Shown: one piece after another, positions 52,433-62,223 of the stretch | How positions within the stretch are numbered: the first letter of the stretch is position 1 | How the letters are laid out: every line of letters starts with the position of its first letter | Source of the DNA: Archangium sp. | Lineage (GTDB): Bacteria > Myxococcota > Myxococcia > Myxococcales > Myxococcaceae | DNA: 64,000 bases | Assembly: GCA_031367385.1 (NCBI GenBank) | Contig: JANLPS010000090.1 | Span: 1-64,000 of the forward strand | Reading direction: 5' to 3' | The notes under the pieces: model-generated | The model's database searches: none | What the model was told of the DNA's origin: nothing | Seen by the model: only the letters and a program-made list of their open reading frames with translations | Position numbers and translations under genes: made by a program

Positions 52433-54442
52433 ATGCAAATGAATGAGCTCGACCCCCGCATCAAGCTTCGCTCGTCGCTGCGCTGTGACGGCATCGGCCG
52501 CCTCGATTGCGCCGAAGATCTCGAGTCGGGTCAGCGGTTGGCGGTGCGGTGGCTGCCCCTCGACGCGAACGGCGAGGCCGCGGTCAAGGCCTGCGAGCGC
52601 TTGCCGGTGCACCCGATGTTGCCGCGCATTCGCCAGACCGGCCGCATGGGCTCGATGGCGTTCTTGGCGCTCGATTTTCCCGAAGGGTCGTTGCTGTCGA
52701 CGATTCTGGGCGACCGCCTCGATACCGGCGTGGTCTTGCAGATGGCCTCGCAGCTGGCCGACGCGTTGGCCACGGTGCACAACCAGGGCGTGGTGCACGG
52801 CGAGTTCGGCAGCGACTCGGTCTTGATGGTCGGCGACAAGTCATACCTGTGGGATTTGCCGTTGGTCATCGCCAACCGGTTGACTGATCGCCGCGGCGAG
52901 AACCGCTTGATGCAGAACCTGGTTCGCGTGGTGCCCTACCTGGCGCCCGAGCGTGCCCGGGGTGCCGGCGCGAGCTGCGAGGCTGACGTGTATTCGCTGG
53001 GCGCACTCTTGTGCATCTGCGCCGGAGCGCCGATGCCGGCCGACTCCACCACGTTGGGCACGGTCTATTCGATTGCCCAGGGCCAGTGGGTGCCGCGGGT
53101 GCCCTCGACCATTCCCCAACCGTTTCACGGCATGATCGAGAAGATGATCTCGGCCGATGCGACCGAGCGGCCGGCGGCGCAAGACGTGGCCAAGCTGTTC
53201 GCGACTCCGATGCAGACGGGCTCGCTGCCTACCGTGCCCGACATGCCGATGATTCGCCTGCCGCCCGAGCTTCAGGCGCGCGCGAATGCGCTGCTCAAGG
53301 CCAAACCGGTGATGCCGGCGTTGTCTGAGCCGTTGGCGCTCGACCCGTTGCCGTTGGGTGAGCCCGAGCGTGAAGAGATCAGCGTGACCGCGGCGATGTC
53401 TGTCGAAGTGCCGGCGATGGCCGAGCCGCCCGTCGAGCCGATGGCGGTGCACGCGGTCGAGGTCGCTCCGGTCGAGCTCGCGCCGGTGGTGGCCGCTGCG
53501 GCGGTCGAGGTCGCGCCGGTCGAGGTCGCGCCGGTCGTGGCTGCGCCGGTCGAGACGAGTGTCGAGGTCGCGCCGGCGATGGTTGCGCCGGCCGTGGTCG
53601 AGCCTGAGGTGAAGGCGGCCGAGGTCGATGAGGTGCCTGAGGCGGCGACCAATGACGTGGTCAAGTTGCCGACCATCGAGATGCCCAAGGTCTTGCGCGT
53701 GGAGTCGATGGTGGTGCCGCCTCCGGCGTCAGCGCCCCGTTCATCGGTCGCGTTGAGCGAGTCGGTCTCGGTGTCACCCGAGATGATGCGTGACGGCGCG
53801 GCGGTGTTCTCGATGTTCAGCGAGCCCCCGAAGCAGTCGATGACGATGTGGTGGGTCGCCGGCGGGTTGGTGGTCGCGATCGTCGCGATGCTGGTGCTGG
53901 CGCTGAGCATGGTCGGTGGGTCGACGGCCGAGCACGCGGCTCCCGCGGCGATGGTCGCGCCGGTGCCGGCGAAGGTCGAAGCGGCGCCTGCGGTGGTTGC
54001 GCCCGCGGGTGAAGCGGCTCCGGGCGTGGTGCCCGCGCCGGTCGCGCCTGCTCCGGCGAATGAGGTGGCCCCGGCCGCGAAGCCGGAGTCGACCAAGCTC
54101 TCGCCGGCCAAGCCGCGCACTGAAGAGATGGTCGACATGGGCGGCAATGACGACGAGCTGGCGCCGTTGGCGAAGGCGAAGGCGGCCGTGGCTGCGCCGC
54201 GCGCTGCGCCGGTGGCGAATCAGAAGGGCAAGCACGCCAAAGCGGTGAAGGCCGCTTTCCCGGTGATGGTGAGCCCGTCGGCCACTGAGCTGGCGGCGCA
54301 GTTGGTGGCGCCTCCCGCGGCGTCGGCGCCGATTGTCGAGGCGCCCGCTCCGGCGGCTGCGGCGAGCGCTGCGAGCCCTGACGCGGTGTTCGACCAGCCG
54401 GTCAAAGAGACCCGGGCTGAGTCGAAGAAGCCGAACCCGTAA
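52433..54442 (+). CDS. Membrane Ser/Thr pseudokinase with Pro/Val/Glu/Ala-rich linkers
   Basis: Kinase fold (YLAPE, ADVYSLG, ERP.A) but LAVR for VAIK, HGE for HRD and DLP for DFG; one TM helix; GAAAGG upstream of ATG 52433. Confidence 0.8.
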   Translation: MQMNELDPRIKLRSSLRCDGIGRLDCAEDLESGQRLAVRWLPLDANGEAAVKACERLPVHPMLPRIRQTGRMGSMAFLALDFPEGSLLSTILGDRLDTGVVLQMASQLADALATVHNQGVVHGEFGSDSVLMVGDKSYLWDLPLVIANRLTDRRGENRLMQNLVRVVPYLAPERARGAGASCEADVYSLGALLCICAGAPMPADSTTLGTVYSIAQGQWVPRVPSTIPQPFHGMIEKMISADATERPAAQDVAKLFATPMQTGSLPTVPDMPMIRLPPELQARANALLKAKPVMPALSEPLALDPLPLGEPEREEISVTAAMSVEVPAMAEPPVEPMAVHAVEVAPVELAPVVAAAAVEVAPVEVAPVVAAPVETSVEVAPAMVAPAVVEPEVKAAEVDEVPEAATNDVVKLPTIEMPKVLRVESMVVPPPASAPRSSVALSESVSVSPEMMRDGAAVFSMFSEPPKQSMTMWWVAGGLVVAIVAMLVLALSMVGGSTAEHAAPAAMVAPVPAKVEAAPAVVAPAGEAAPGVVPAPVAPAPANEVAPAAKPESTKLSPAKPRTEEMVDMGGNDDELAPLAKAKAAVAAPRAAPVANQKGKHAKAVKAAFPVMVSPSATELAAQLVAPPAASAPIVEAPAPAAAASAASPDAVFDQPVKETRAESKKPNP

Positions 54443-54544
54443 GGGCAGCTGGTTGCGGGCTCTGACTCGCACGGGTGCGCTCGAACGGTCTCTGGCCTCC
54501 CGCTCCACGACCGAAGTTTCAGGTCGACCGCGGAAGTGAGAATC

Positions 54545-56014
54545 TCAGGGCGGCGGTAGACACACATATTCGGCTTCGTACGCGCCGATCGGCTCGAAGT
54601 CGCCGCCCGTGGCAGGGACAGGGACCGGCGGATGAGGGGCTCGCAGCAGAATGCCGTGGGTTTGGTCGAACGTTCGAAACTTGATCGCGCCTGGGTACGC
54701 GGTGAAGAGGTCGAACGTCTCGGTTTCAAAAACGACCTTTTGGGTCGGCCGCAAGACGTAAAGGTCTTGGTCGAAGACCCCGTTGTCTCGAGTCGAAATG
54801 AGGAACGCCTCACCGTCGATGGTGTTGGTGAGCCCTACCGCGTAGGGCAATTTCTCAGGCCAATAGAGGCCTCCATCGCGATATCGAAGGGCTGTCCTCG
54901 GAGTCGGCGCGGTCACGAAGTCACGAACTTCCAGCACGAGTGGGTTGTCCTTTACGACGCGGCATTGATCGGCGTTCAGGTCTTCGAAAATGAATTCGCA
55001 GCCCCCGTCAGCTTCGGGAGAGCACCGAAACAGTCGGCAAGAGTTGAATGATTGAATGAAGAAGGAGTCGGCGCTCATGCCGCTCAACCATGCTGTTCCG
55101 ATCTCGGGGTGGCGCACGTTCACACCCCCATCACGAGAGACGTCGATCAGCGTCGGTTGGAAACCTGGCGTCGTCGCGATCGCCCAACCGTTGGCCGTTG
55201 CGAGCACATTGAAGCGCAGCCATCGGTATGCGGGCCTGATGGGAACATCGACCCGAGCGACGCGAGTCACGCCGCCATCGGCGCGGACCGTGTCGACGTT
55301 GAAAATGGGGTTTAACCAGTCGTCGGAGAACACCCGCACCCACTCGTCTCCGTCTGGCAAAACGAATGAGAAACCAGCGTCAGCATCGAGGGTCACTTGG
55401 TTGGTGACGTTGAGCCGATCGTCGAGCCAGATGAGTTCGTTGTCGAAAGCGGTCATCCACCCCTGGGTCTGCCTGTAGATCGTTCCCGTGGACATCTCGC
55501 CGAACAATTGCCCACCGTCTCCTACGAAGAAGACCCGTGGCGACGACTTGTCGATTCGACCGTCGCAATCGTTGTCGAGGCCATCACACTTCAGCTCGAC
55601 CATTTCGTAGTCAGGGCCGTAGTTGCAGGGTGTGAAGCCTCCGTCGAGACAGAGCGCGTCCGTATGCGTTGAGGTGGCGCACACGCCAAATGTCAACCCA
55701 CACGGTCGGGTCAGCACTCCGCCATCGCCGAATCGATCGATCAAGCCGTCTTGATCATTGTCGATGCCGTCACATACTTCGGGCGAGCCAGTCGATGCGT
55801 CCGCGCCGCTGGATCCGGAGTCGTTGGCAACCGATGCGTCGGCTGGAACCGAGGCGTCAGCCGCAACTGAAGCGTCAACCGCAACTGAAGCGTCAACCGC
55901 AACTGAAGCGTCAGCCGCAACCGAAGCGTCGGTATGGACGCTTCCACTCTCGTCAGTGGGCTTCAAGCATCGGCAGCTGGCCGCCAAAATCACACACCAC
56001 AGCAGACCACGCAT
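54545..56014 (-). CDS. Lipoprotein with DAS tandem repeats and putative metal-binding (MopE-like CDG.DND.DG) motifs
   Basis: Lipobox AASC; EVCDGIDNDQDG and ELKCDGLDNDCDG; visibly more AT-rich codons. Confidence 0.78.
   Translation of the reverse strand: MRGLLWCVILAASCRCLKPTDESGSVHTDASVAADASVAVDASVAVDASVAADASVPADASVANDSGSSGADASTGSPEVCDGIDNDQDGLIDRFGDGGVLTRPCGLTFGVCATSTHTDALCLDGGFTPCNYGPDYEMVELKCDGLDNDCDGRIDKSSPRVFFVGDGGQLFGEMSTGTIYRQTQGWMTAFDNELIWLDDRLNVTNQVTLDADAGFSFVLPDGDEWVRVFSDDWLNPIFNVDTVRADGGVTRVARVDVPIRPAYRWLRFNVLATANGWAIATTPGFQPTLIDVSRDGGVNVRHPEIGTAWLSGMSADSFFIQSFNSCRLFRCSPEADGGCEFIFEDLNADQCRVVKDNPLVLEVRDFVTAPTPRTALRYRDGGLYWPEKLPYAVGLTNTIDGEAFLISTRDNGVFDQDLYVLRPTQKVVFETETFDLFTAYPGAIKFRTFDQTHGILLRAPHPPVPVPATGGDFEPIGAYEAEYVCLPPP
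55827..55930. repeat. 18-bp coding tandem repeat (DASVAx, about 6 units)
   Basis: Repeated CCGCAACTGAAGCGTCA(A/G). Confidence 0.85.
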
Positions 56015-56190
56015 CCCGCTCCCCTCGGTCTCGTTGGACCAATCTTACACGTCCGTTGTCGGTTTGCGCTCGGCAGGGCTGCAGTGCTCGATGTCGCCCG
56101 CATCGGCGTCGACCATGGTTGCAACGCTCCGCACACGCGATCTCGGAGCGCTCGTCGGCCACGCTCGAGCTGAGATTCGACGTGTGCGCC

Positions 56191-56215
56191 CCTTCGTCTT
56201 GAGCGACTCGAAGGC
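56191..56215 (-). repeat. REP-like element
   Basis: Reverse complement reads GCCTTCGAGTCGCTCAAGACGAAGG. Confidence 0.55.
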
Positions 56216-56258
56216 CCCTCGATTCAACTCGAGATCTCGATTCACCACCGTGAACAAA

Positions 56259-57101
56259 TCAACCCCACACTGCCGCGACCTTGTCTCGCACCAGCGCTGC
56301 CTGCGCGTACCCTGCCTTCGCCGCCATCGCGCGCCGCTTCGGGTCGAGCGCGTCTTTGCCCATCTGCGCCCGCGCGGCCTGATCAGGCACGACCACCGCC
56401 ACGTTCGCCCCGCCGGCCCGCAGCGCCTCACTCTCGACCCTCACCGACGGCAGCGCGCCGGCCCCGAACGGCAGGGGCGCCAGAATCACCACGTGTTTTC
56501 GCCCCTGCGCCAAATGCGCATTGGTGACCGAGCGCATGCCGCCGTCGATGTACCGCTGGCCCCCAATCGTCACCGGAGGCCAGACCCCCGGCACCGCGGC
56601 GCTCGCACCGACCGCGTCGAGCAGGGTCACCCCGCTGTTCTTGTCGAACACTTTGAACTCACCGGTCACCGCATTCACCGCGCTGATCTGCAACGTCGCT
56701 TCGGGCCATGGCGGAGAGCCCCCGAGCAACGCCTCGAACGCCGGTCGCCGCTGGGCCTCGGTCTCGGTCTTGCTGCCCAGCGCCAGGTGCCCGATGCGCG
56801 CGCCAAACCCCACCGGCGTCTTCTCTCGCCACAGTGCCCACGCGTACCGCAGCAGCATCACCCGGCCCAGCGTGACATGGCGCTCACCCTCAGACGCCTC
56901 GAGCTGACGCGCATAGAGCTCAGACAATGGCCGGCCTCCAAGCACCAGCGCCGCGACCACCGAGCCCGCCGAGGTACCGACTGTCAGCTCGGGCCGGGTC
57001 AAATCGACGCCGCGCTCGAGCAGCCCCAGCATCAGGCCGATTTCCCACGCGATGCCGGTGATGCCCCCGCCGCCTAAAATCAACGCGTTCGACTCGTTCA
57101 T
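56259..57101 (-). CDS. Patatin-like phospholipase
   Basis: LGGGG, GTSAG, YIDGG. Confidence 0.93.
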   Translation of the reverse strand: MNESNALILGGGGITGIAWEIGLMLGLLERGVDLTRPELTVGTSAGSVVAALVLGGRPLSELYARQLEASEGERHVTLGRVMLLRYAWALWREKTPVGFGARIGHLALGSKTETEAQRRPAFEALLGGSPPWPEATLQISAVNAVTGEFKVFDKNSGVTLLDAVGASAAVPGVWPPVTIGGQRYIDGGMRSVTNAHLAQGRKHVVILAPLPFGAGALPSVRVESEALRAGGANVAVVVPDQAARAQMGKDALDPKRRAMAAKAGYAQAALVRDKVAAVWG

Positions 57102-57178
57102 GACACCCCTCGTCTACACCCGAAGGTTCAGCATGCCGTGGGCTCGTTCTGGCGCAAATTGTGTGAAACGTTCGGCCC

Positions 57179-59644
57179 ATGCGTCGAATCGCCTGTGTCC
57201 TCGGCTGTGTGGGTCTTGTCGCCGCGTGCGAGAAGCCTCCCGCGGGCCAGGGGCTTCGAGTCACGGTGACGCTCGCGGCCTCGACGCGCTCCACCTGCGT
57301 GAAGGTGATGGTCGATGGAGCCCAGGTGCACCAAAGCGTGTCAGTGCCAGTCAACGGAGCGTCGCAGTTCGAAGTCGCCGTGCTTCAAGGCGCGCTGCCC
57401 GATGACGTCACCGTGCAAGCGGTCGGCTTTTCAGATGCGGCCTGCACCGCGCTGACGGCACCCAGCGAGCGTTCAGAGGCCGTGGCTGCTCGCTTCGTGA
57501 CCGACAGCGTTCGCTGGGTCCCGGTGTTGGTGCGCCAGCTCTCCGGCGTCGACGCCGACAATGATGGCTCGCCCGTCGAGCTCGACTGCGACGACAAGAA
57601 CCCGATGCGCACGCCAGGCCGAGCCGAAGACTGCGCTGACGGCGTCGACAACGACTGCAACATGCTCATCGACTGCGTCGACCCGGTCTGTGAGGCCAAG
57701 GCGTGCGCGCCCGGAGTGCCGGCTGAACAGGCCGCCTGCGTCGTCTTCAGCTGCGCCGAGAAGCGCTGTGACAATCACCTCGATGACGATCGCGACACCC
57801 GGCTCGACTGCGAAGACGCCGATTGCGACGGTAAGGCGTGCCTCAACGGTGGTCACTGTGCTGCGCGGGTCTGTCTCAACGCGACCAGTGAGGTTGGCCT
57901 GTGCGGCGATGGCGACGACAACGACAACGACGGGCTGGTCGACTGCCTCGACTCCGACTGCTTGGCGCAGCAATGCAATGATCAGCTCACCTGCAGCGAG
58001 CACGAGGTCTGCCTGGCCGACAAGACCTGCGGCTCGGGCACCACGGTCGGCTGCGTGGCTCCTTCGGCGTGCTTTGCGAATGGCGTCTGCCGCGAAGGGC
58101 CCAACGGCAGCGGAGGCTGCACCTTCTCGGTCGTCACCGCCGGCCCGTGCGACGACTTCAAAGCCTGCACGACCAACGACGTGTGCGCGGGTGACGGCGG
58201 CTGCGCCGGCTCGCCGGTCACCTGCGACCAACCACCGGGCATTTGCTTCGCCCCGGTCGGCACCTGCCAGGAGTCACTCGATGGCGGCTGCACGTACGAG
58301 GTGCTTCGCGGGCTGTGCGATGACGGCAAGGCGTGTACCTCCAGCGACGCCTGCAACCCTGACGGGGGCTGTGGCGGCATCGACGTGGTCTGCGTGCCCA
58401 ACGAGTGCCAGATGAACGGCGCGTGCGCCGAAGCGACGGGCGGGTGCACCTACACGCCGAAGACCGGTCAACCCTGCAGCCTCGGGGTGTGCGATTCGCA
58501 GGGGCAGTGCATGGCCATCATCGACGGAGGCACCGACGCCGGCACCTCCCGGGCCGACGCCGGCTTCGTGCCCTCGAACTTCGACCCGAGCCAGGTGCCG
58601 GTGACCTCGGTCAATGCGGTGTTCACCTGCGATGCCACCGTCACGATTGGTGACACCACGGTCACCATCGCGGGCGCGAAGCGTGGGTGTACGCCTCCGA
58701 CGATACCCACCGCAGCGGTGCCGCAGGCGGGGGGCACCACCGCAGCCTTGTTGGCGATGAGCAGCCTGGTCATCAACCCCGGAGTCACCGTGCGGGTCGT
58801 CGGCACGCGGCCGGTCATCTTCGCGGTGCTGGGCACTGCGACGCTCGAGGGCAACATCAACGTCAGCGCAGTCGACTCATCGAGCTCGGGGCCGGGGGGC
58901 AACACCGACAACTTCTGTCTGAGCAATCGGGGCACGCCGGGGTCGGGCAGCAACGCACCGACGGGCGGAGGGGGCGGCGGCGCGTACGGCACCTCGGGTG
59001 CGTCGGGAGGCGTCGGCACTGGCTCGACCACCAACGCGGGCGTCGGGGCGAGCGCCAACGGCAATGACGAGCTCATTCCACTGCGCGGCGGGTGCGCGGG
59101 TGGCAACGGCGGCAGCCTGGCGGGTGGGTTTCTCGGGCGCGCCGGCGGAGCACTGCAGATCACCGCGTTCGGCGTGCTCAGCCTCAACGGGCAGCTCGCG
59201 TCTTCGGGCTCACCCGGGCTCGGCGGGTTCGGGTTTCAAGCCGGCGGCGGCGGAGGCGGCAGCGGTGGCGGAATTCTGCTCGAGTCACCTCGGGTGACCG
59301 TCGGCGCGGCGGCGCGAATCACGGCGAATGGGGGTGGTGGCGGTGCGGGCGCGACGAATCGCAGCGGGGGCTCGGGTGAAGGTGGCACGGCGACGGGCAC
59401 TCCGGCGCTGGGAGGGACGGGGCCAGCCTGCGGCGGGGCTGGTGGGCAGGGCGCGGCGATTCTCGGGGCAGCCGCGGCGGGGGAGGCGGGGGGAGGGACA
59501 GGGTGTGGCGCCACCGGTGGTGGCGGAGGCGGGGGTGGCGGCATGGGCAGAATTCGAGTCAACGCGAGCCAGGGCTGCTCGCTGGCTCCGGCCGCGGTGT
59601 TCAGCCCGGCGTCGACCTCGGCACAGGTGAGCTGCGTTCACTGA
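57179..59644 (+). CDS. Large lipoprotein with MopE-like and Cys-rich repeats and a Gly-rich C-terminal domain
   Basis: Lipobox VAAC; DCDD, C.DG.DNDC, CDDGKACT..D.C; GGGGGGSGG blocks. Confidence 0.82.
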   Translation: MRRIACVLGCVGLVAACEKPPAGQGLRVTVTLAASTRSTCVKVMVDGAQVHQSVSVPVNGASQFEVAVLQGALPDDVTVQAVGFSDAACTALTAPSERSEAVAARFVTDSVRWVPVLVRQLSGVDADNDGSPVELDCDDKNPMRTPGRAEDCADGVDNDCNMLIDCVDPVCEAKACAPGVPAEQAACVVFSCAEKRCDNHLDDDRDTRLDCEDADCDGKACLNGGHCAARVCLNATSEVGLCGDGDDNDNDGLVDCLDSDCLAQQCNDQLTCSEHEVCLADKTCGSGTTVGCVAPSACFANGVCREGPNGSGGCTFSVVTAGPCDDFKACTTNDVCAGDGGCAGSPVTCDQPPGICFAPVGTCQESLDGGCTYEVLRGLCDDGKACTSSDACNPDGGCGGIDVVCVPNECQMNGACAEATGGCTYTPKTGQPCSLGVCDSQGQCMAIIDGGTDAGTSRADAGFVPSNFDPSQVPVTSVNAVFTCDATVTIGDTTVTIAGAKRGCTPPTIPTAAVPQAGGTTAALLAMSSLVINPGVTVRVVGTRPVIFAVLGTATLEGNINVSAVDSSSSGPGGNTDNFCLSNRGTPGSGSNAPTGGGGGGAYGTSGASGGVGTGSTTNAGVGASANGNDELIPLRGGCAGGNGGSLAGGFLGRAGGALQITAFGVLSLNGQLASSGSPGLGGFGFQAGGGGGGSGGGILLESPRVTVGAAARITANGGGGGAGATNRSGGSGEGGTATGTPALGGTGPACGGAGGQGAAILGAAAAGEAGGGTGCGATGGGGGGGGGMGRIRVNASQGCSLAPAAVFSPASTSAQVSCVH

Positions 59645-59665
59645 AAGCGGACTGGGGAAGGACGG

Positions 59666-59692
59666 GTCCTTCGAGTCCCTCAGGACGAACGG
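59666..59692 (+). repeat. REP-like element
   Basis: GTCCTTCGAGTCCCTCAGGACGAACGG. Confidence 0.65.
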
Positions 59693-59717
59693 AGGGTTTT
59701 TCGTTAAAGGCGTCGGC

Positions 59718-60386
59718 ATGGTTGCGAACGAAATTACCCTCGACTTTCAGCGCACCGCGCGCATCGGCTTCGAAGAGGCCATCTTCTGCCAGGGCAAGAC
59801 TGTTGATCAGCTCTGCGAGATTCTCGACACCGCCAAGGCCCGCGGCGCTTCGCTGCTGCTGACCCGGCTCAGCGTGGCCCAGCACGAGGGGCTCACCAAA
59901 GCCCACCGCGAGGCGCTCGACTATGAGCCCCATTCTCGCACCGCCGTCTTCGGCCCCTGGCCCCGCCCCGAGGCACCCTCTCGCGTCGCGGTCGTCGGCG
60001 CTGGCACCAGCGATGCCCATGTCACTCGCGAAATCGTTCGCTCGCTGCGTTACTACGGCGAAGGCTCGACCCTCGTGATGGACGTCGGCGTCGCCGGCCT
60101 CTGGCGCTTGCTCGAGAAAGTCGACGTGCTCAAGAGTCACCCCGTCGTCGTCGTCGTCGCGGGGATGGATGCGGCGTTGCCCACCGTCGTCGGCGGGCTG
60201 ATCGGCAGCGTCGTCATCGGCGTGCCCACCTCGAACGGCTACGGCGTCGCGGAGGGTGGCAGCACCGCGCTCCACTCGATGCTCGCCAGCTGTGCACCGG
60301 GCATCGTCGTGCTCAACATCGACAACGGGTACGGCGCCGCCTGCGCCGCCATTCGGGTGCTCCGCAGCATCGACGCGTCTCGCTAA
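59718..60386 (+). CDS. larB: Nickel-pincer cofactor biosynthesis protein LarB (PurE-like)
   Basis: D..R..RIG..EAIFC.GK, AGTSD, DVGVAGL.RL, AGMDAALP, VPTS.GYG, NIDNGYGA. Confidence 0.9.
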   Translation: MVANEITLDFQRTARIGFEEAIFCQGKTVDQLCEILDTAKARGASLLLTRLSVAQHEGLTKAHREALDYEPHSRTAVFGPWPRPEAPSRVAVVGAGTSDAHVTREIVRSLRYYGEGSTLVMDVGVAGLWRLLEKVDVLKSHPVVVVVAGMDAALPTVVGGLIGSVVIGVPTSNGYGVAEGGSTALHSMLASCAPGIVVLNIDNGYGAACAAIRVLRSIDASR

Positions 60387-60387
60387 A

Positions 60388-61683
60388 TCAGGGCTCGGCG
60401 TTCGCGTGGCGAATGAAGTACCCGAAGTCGGTGGTCGCGCTGAGGTTTCGGCTGGTGAACCAGAGCTGCACGGTATCGTTCACCACTCGAATTTCAGGAG
60501 CGATGACCCCGCCCGACTCCAGCCCTCCGCCATCAGCGGGCGGCGTCGGCAGGTAAAACGGCGCGGGGCAGACGGTGTACGGGCCGAACGGCTGATCGGC
60601 CCAGGCCAACGCGAGCGAGGTGTCTGGCAACCGGTCGTCGGTAAAGGCGGTGAACGCCAGCAGCCAGCGCCCATTGGGCAGCTGAACGAATGAGGCTTCA
60701 CCCACCGCGCGGTTTCGCCATGAAGTCGCGGCCGCGCGCTCGAGCACGGGCGTTGGTTCTTTGACCCAATGAACGCCATCGGTGCTCGAAGCGCCCAACA
60801 GCGCGAGAAAGCCCTTCGCGGCGGGGTTGCAGTTTCGCAGGCACCAGCCTGAGTACAGCATCATCCAGCGGGCTCCATCGCGGGCGATGGTCGGGCTGTA
60901 GGTCGCTTCGCCGTCGAAGCCGCCGTCGGTGCCCGAGAGCACGATGCTGTCGTCGCCGAAGTCGAGGCCTGCATCGCGGTGGCTGGCCAGCCCCACCGAC
61001 GCGGGAAACCCGTCGCTGCAGATGCCGTACATCGTGCACAGCGCGGCGTTGATCTCGGTGCGGTAGCCGGCGAAGTACAGCTGGCTCCCGGCGTCGCTGA
61101 GCACCAGCTCGGCGCTCTCGAGCTCTTCGGCCCAACTGCCGGCGTGGCCCCGCAGCACCACCCCTGCGTCACTCCAGTGCAGGCCGTCGGGTGACGTCGC
61201 GCTCGCCAACAGGTTGTCGCCGCTCGTCTCGTCGAGGCTCGAGAAGATCATCTCATAACGGCCCTGAGCCCAGAGCACCGTCGGGTCGGAGGCTACATTT
61301 CGAAACCCCCGCACGACTGGCTGCGCGCCCACTGACCACCGCCAGGAGCAGGGGTCTTGGGTGAGCCAGCCGGCGTCACGCGCGGTGCCTGAGTCGGCGG
61401 GGCCTGCGTCGCCGATTAATCCGGCGTCGGCGATAACCCCGGCGTCGCTGATCAACCCCGCGTCGGCGGTTGTGCCCGCGTCGAACGGCATGCCGCTGTC
61501 ACCGCGCCGTCCGCCATCGAGTGCAACGCCGCCGTCGGTTTCGACAGCGGGAGGGCAGGCACACAGAATCACGAACACGGCCGCGCGCAGGAGTGCGGCA
61601 CGCGAGCTGACGGGATACCGCCGTTCGCCAACCCGTCGGGGCGCTCGGTCTCGACGTGCTCCGCCGTCAGGTTCAACGGCCAT
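60388..61683 (-). CDS. Exported five-bladed beta-propeller glycoside hydrolase-like protein with a DAG linker
   Basis: SDPTV, ATSPDGLHW, YSPTI, SSTDGVHWVK, APEI; lipobox-like LCAC. Start uncertain (ATG 61683 or GTG 61752). Confidence 0.72.
   Translation of the reverse strand: MAVEPDGGARRDRAPRRVGERRYPVSSRAALLRAAVFVILCACPPAVETDGGVALDGGRRGDSGMPFDAGTTADAGLISDAGVIADAGLIGDAGPADSGTARDAGWLTQDPCSWRWSVGAQPVVRGFRNVASDPTVLWAQGRYEMIFSSLDETSGDNLLASATSPDGLHWSDAGVVLRGHAGSWAEELESAELVLSDAGSQLYFAGYRTEINAALCTMYGICSDGFPASVGLASHRDAGLDFGDDSIVLSGTDGGFDGEATYSPTIARDGARWMMLYSGWCLRNCNPAAKGFLALLGASSTDGVHWVKEPTPVLERAAATSWRNRAVGEASFVQLPNGRWLLAFTAFTDDRLPDTSLALAWADQPFGPYTVCPAPFYLPTPPADGGGLESGGVIAPEIRVVNDTVQLWFTSRNLSATTDFGYFIRHANAEP
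61612..61664. repeat. Diverged copy of the rnhA 3' end (61765-61817)
   Basis: 46/53 identical by manual alignment; reads EHVETERPDGLANGGIP versus [17 protein letters not shown]. Confidence 0.85.
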
Positions 61684-61748
61684 GGCGCAACTCCGGAGCA
61701 CCGCACCAGCGGCCACGCGAACCTTCGCGACACGGCCCAAGGCGAAGC

Positions 61749-62204
61749 TCACCCAACCTCAGCGGGGATACCGCGGTTCGCCAACGCATCGGCCCGCTCG
61801 TTCTCGACGTGCCCCGCGTGGCCCTTCACCCACCGCCACTCGATCTGGTGCCGCTTGGTCGCCAGGTCGAGCGCCTGCCAGAGGTCGGCGTTCTTCACCG
61901 CCTGCTTCGCCGAGGTGCGCCAGCCATTCTTCTGCCACCCGAAGATCCACTTGGTGATGCCCTGCTGCACGTAGGTCGAGTCGGTGTGCACCCGCACTTG
62001 CATTGGCCGGGTCAGCGCGTTGAGCGACTCGATGACCGCGGTGAGCTCCATGCGGTTGTTGGTCGTTTGCAGGGTGCCGCCGAAGAGCTCGCGTTCTTGG
62101 CCGCGCCACCGCAACAACGCTCCCCAGCCCCCGGGGCCCGGGTTCCCCTTACAGGCGCCGTCGGTGAAGATGTCGACTCCAGGGAGCGGCGCGTCGTCAG
62201 CCAT
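61749..62204 (-). CDS. rnhA: Ribonuclease HI
   Basis: [46 protein letters not shown]. Confidence 0.97.
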   Translation of the reverse strand: MADDAPLPGVDIFTDGACKGNPGPGGWGALLRWRGQERELFGGTLQTTNNRMELTAVIESLNALTRPMQVRVHTDSTYVQQGITKWIFGWQKNGWRTSAKQAVKNADLWQALDLATKRHQIEWRWVKGHAGHVENERADALANRGIPAEVG

Positions 62205-62223
62205 GCGCGCGGCACCTTACCGC

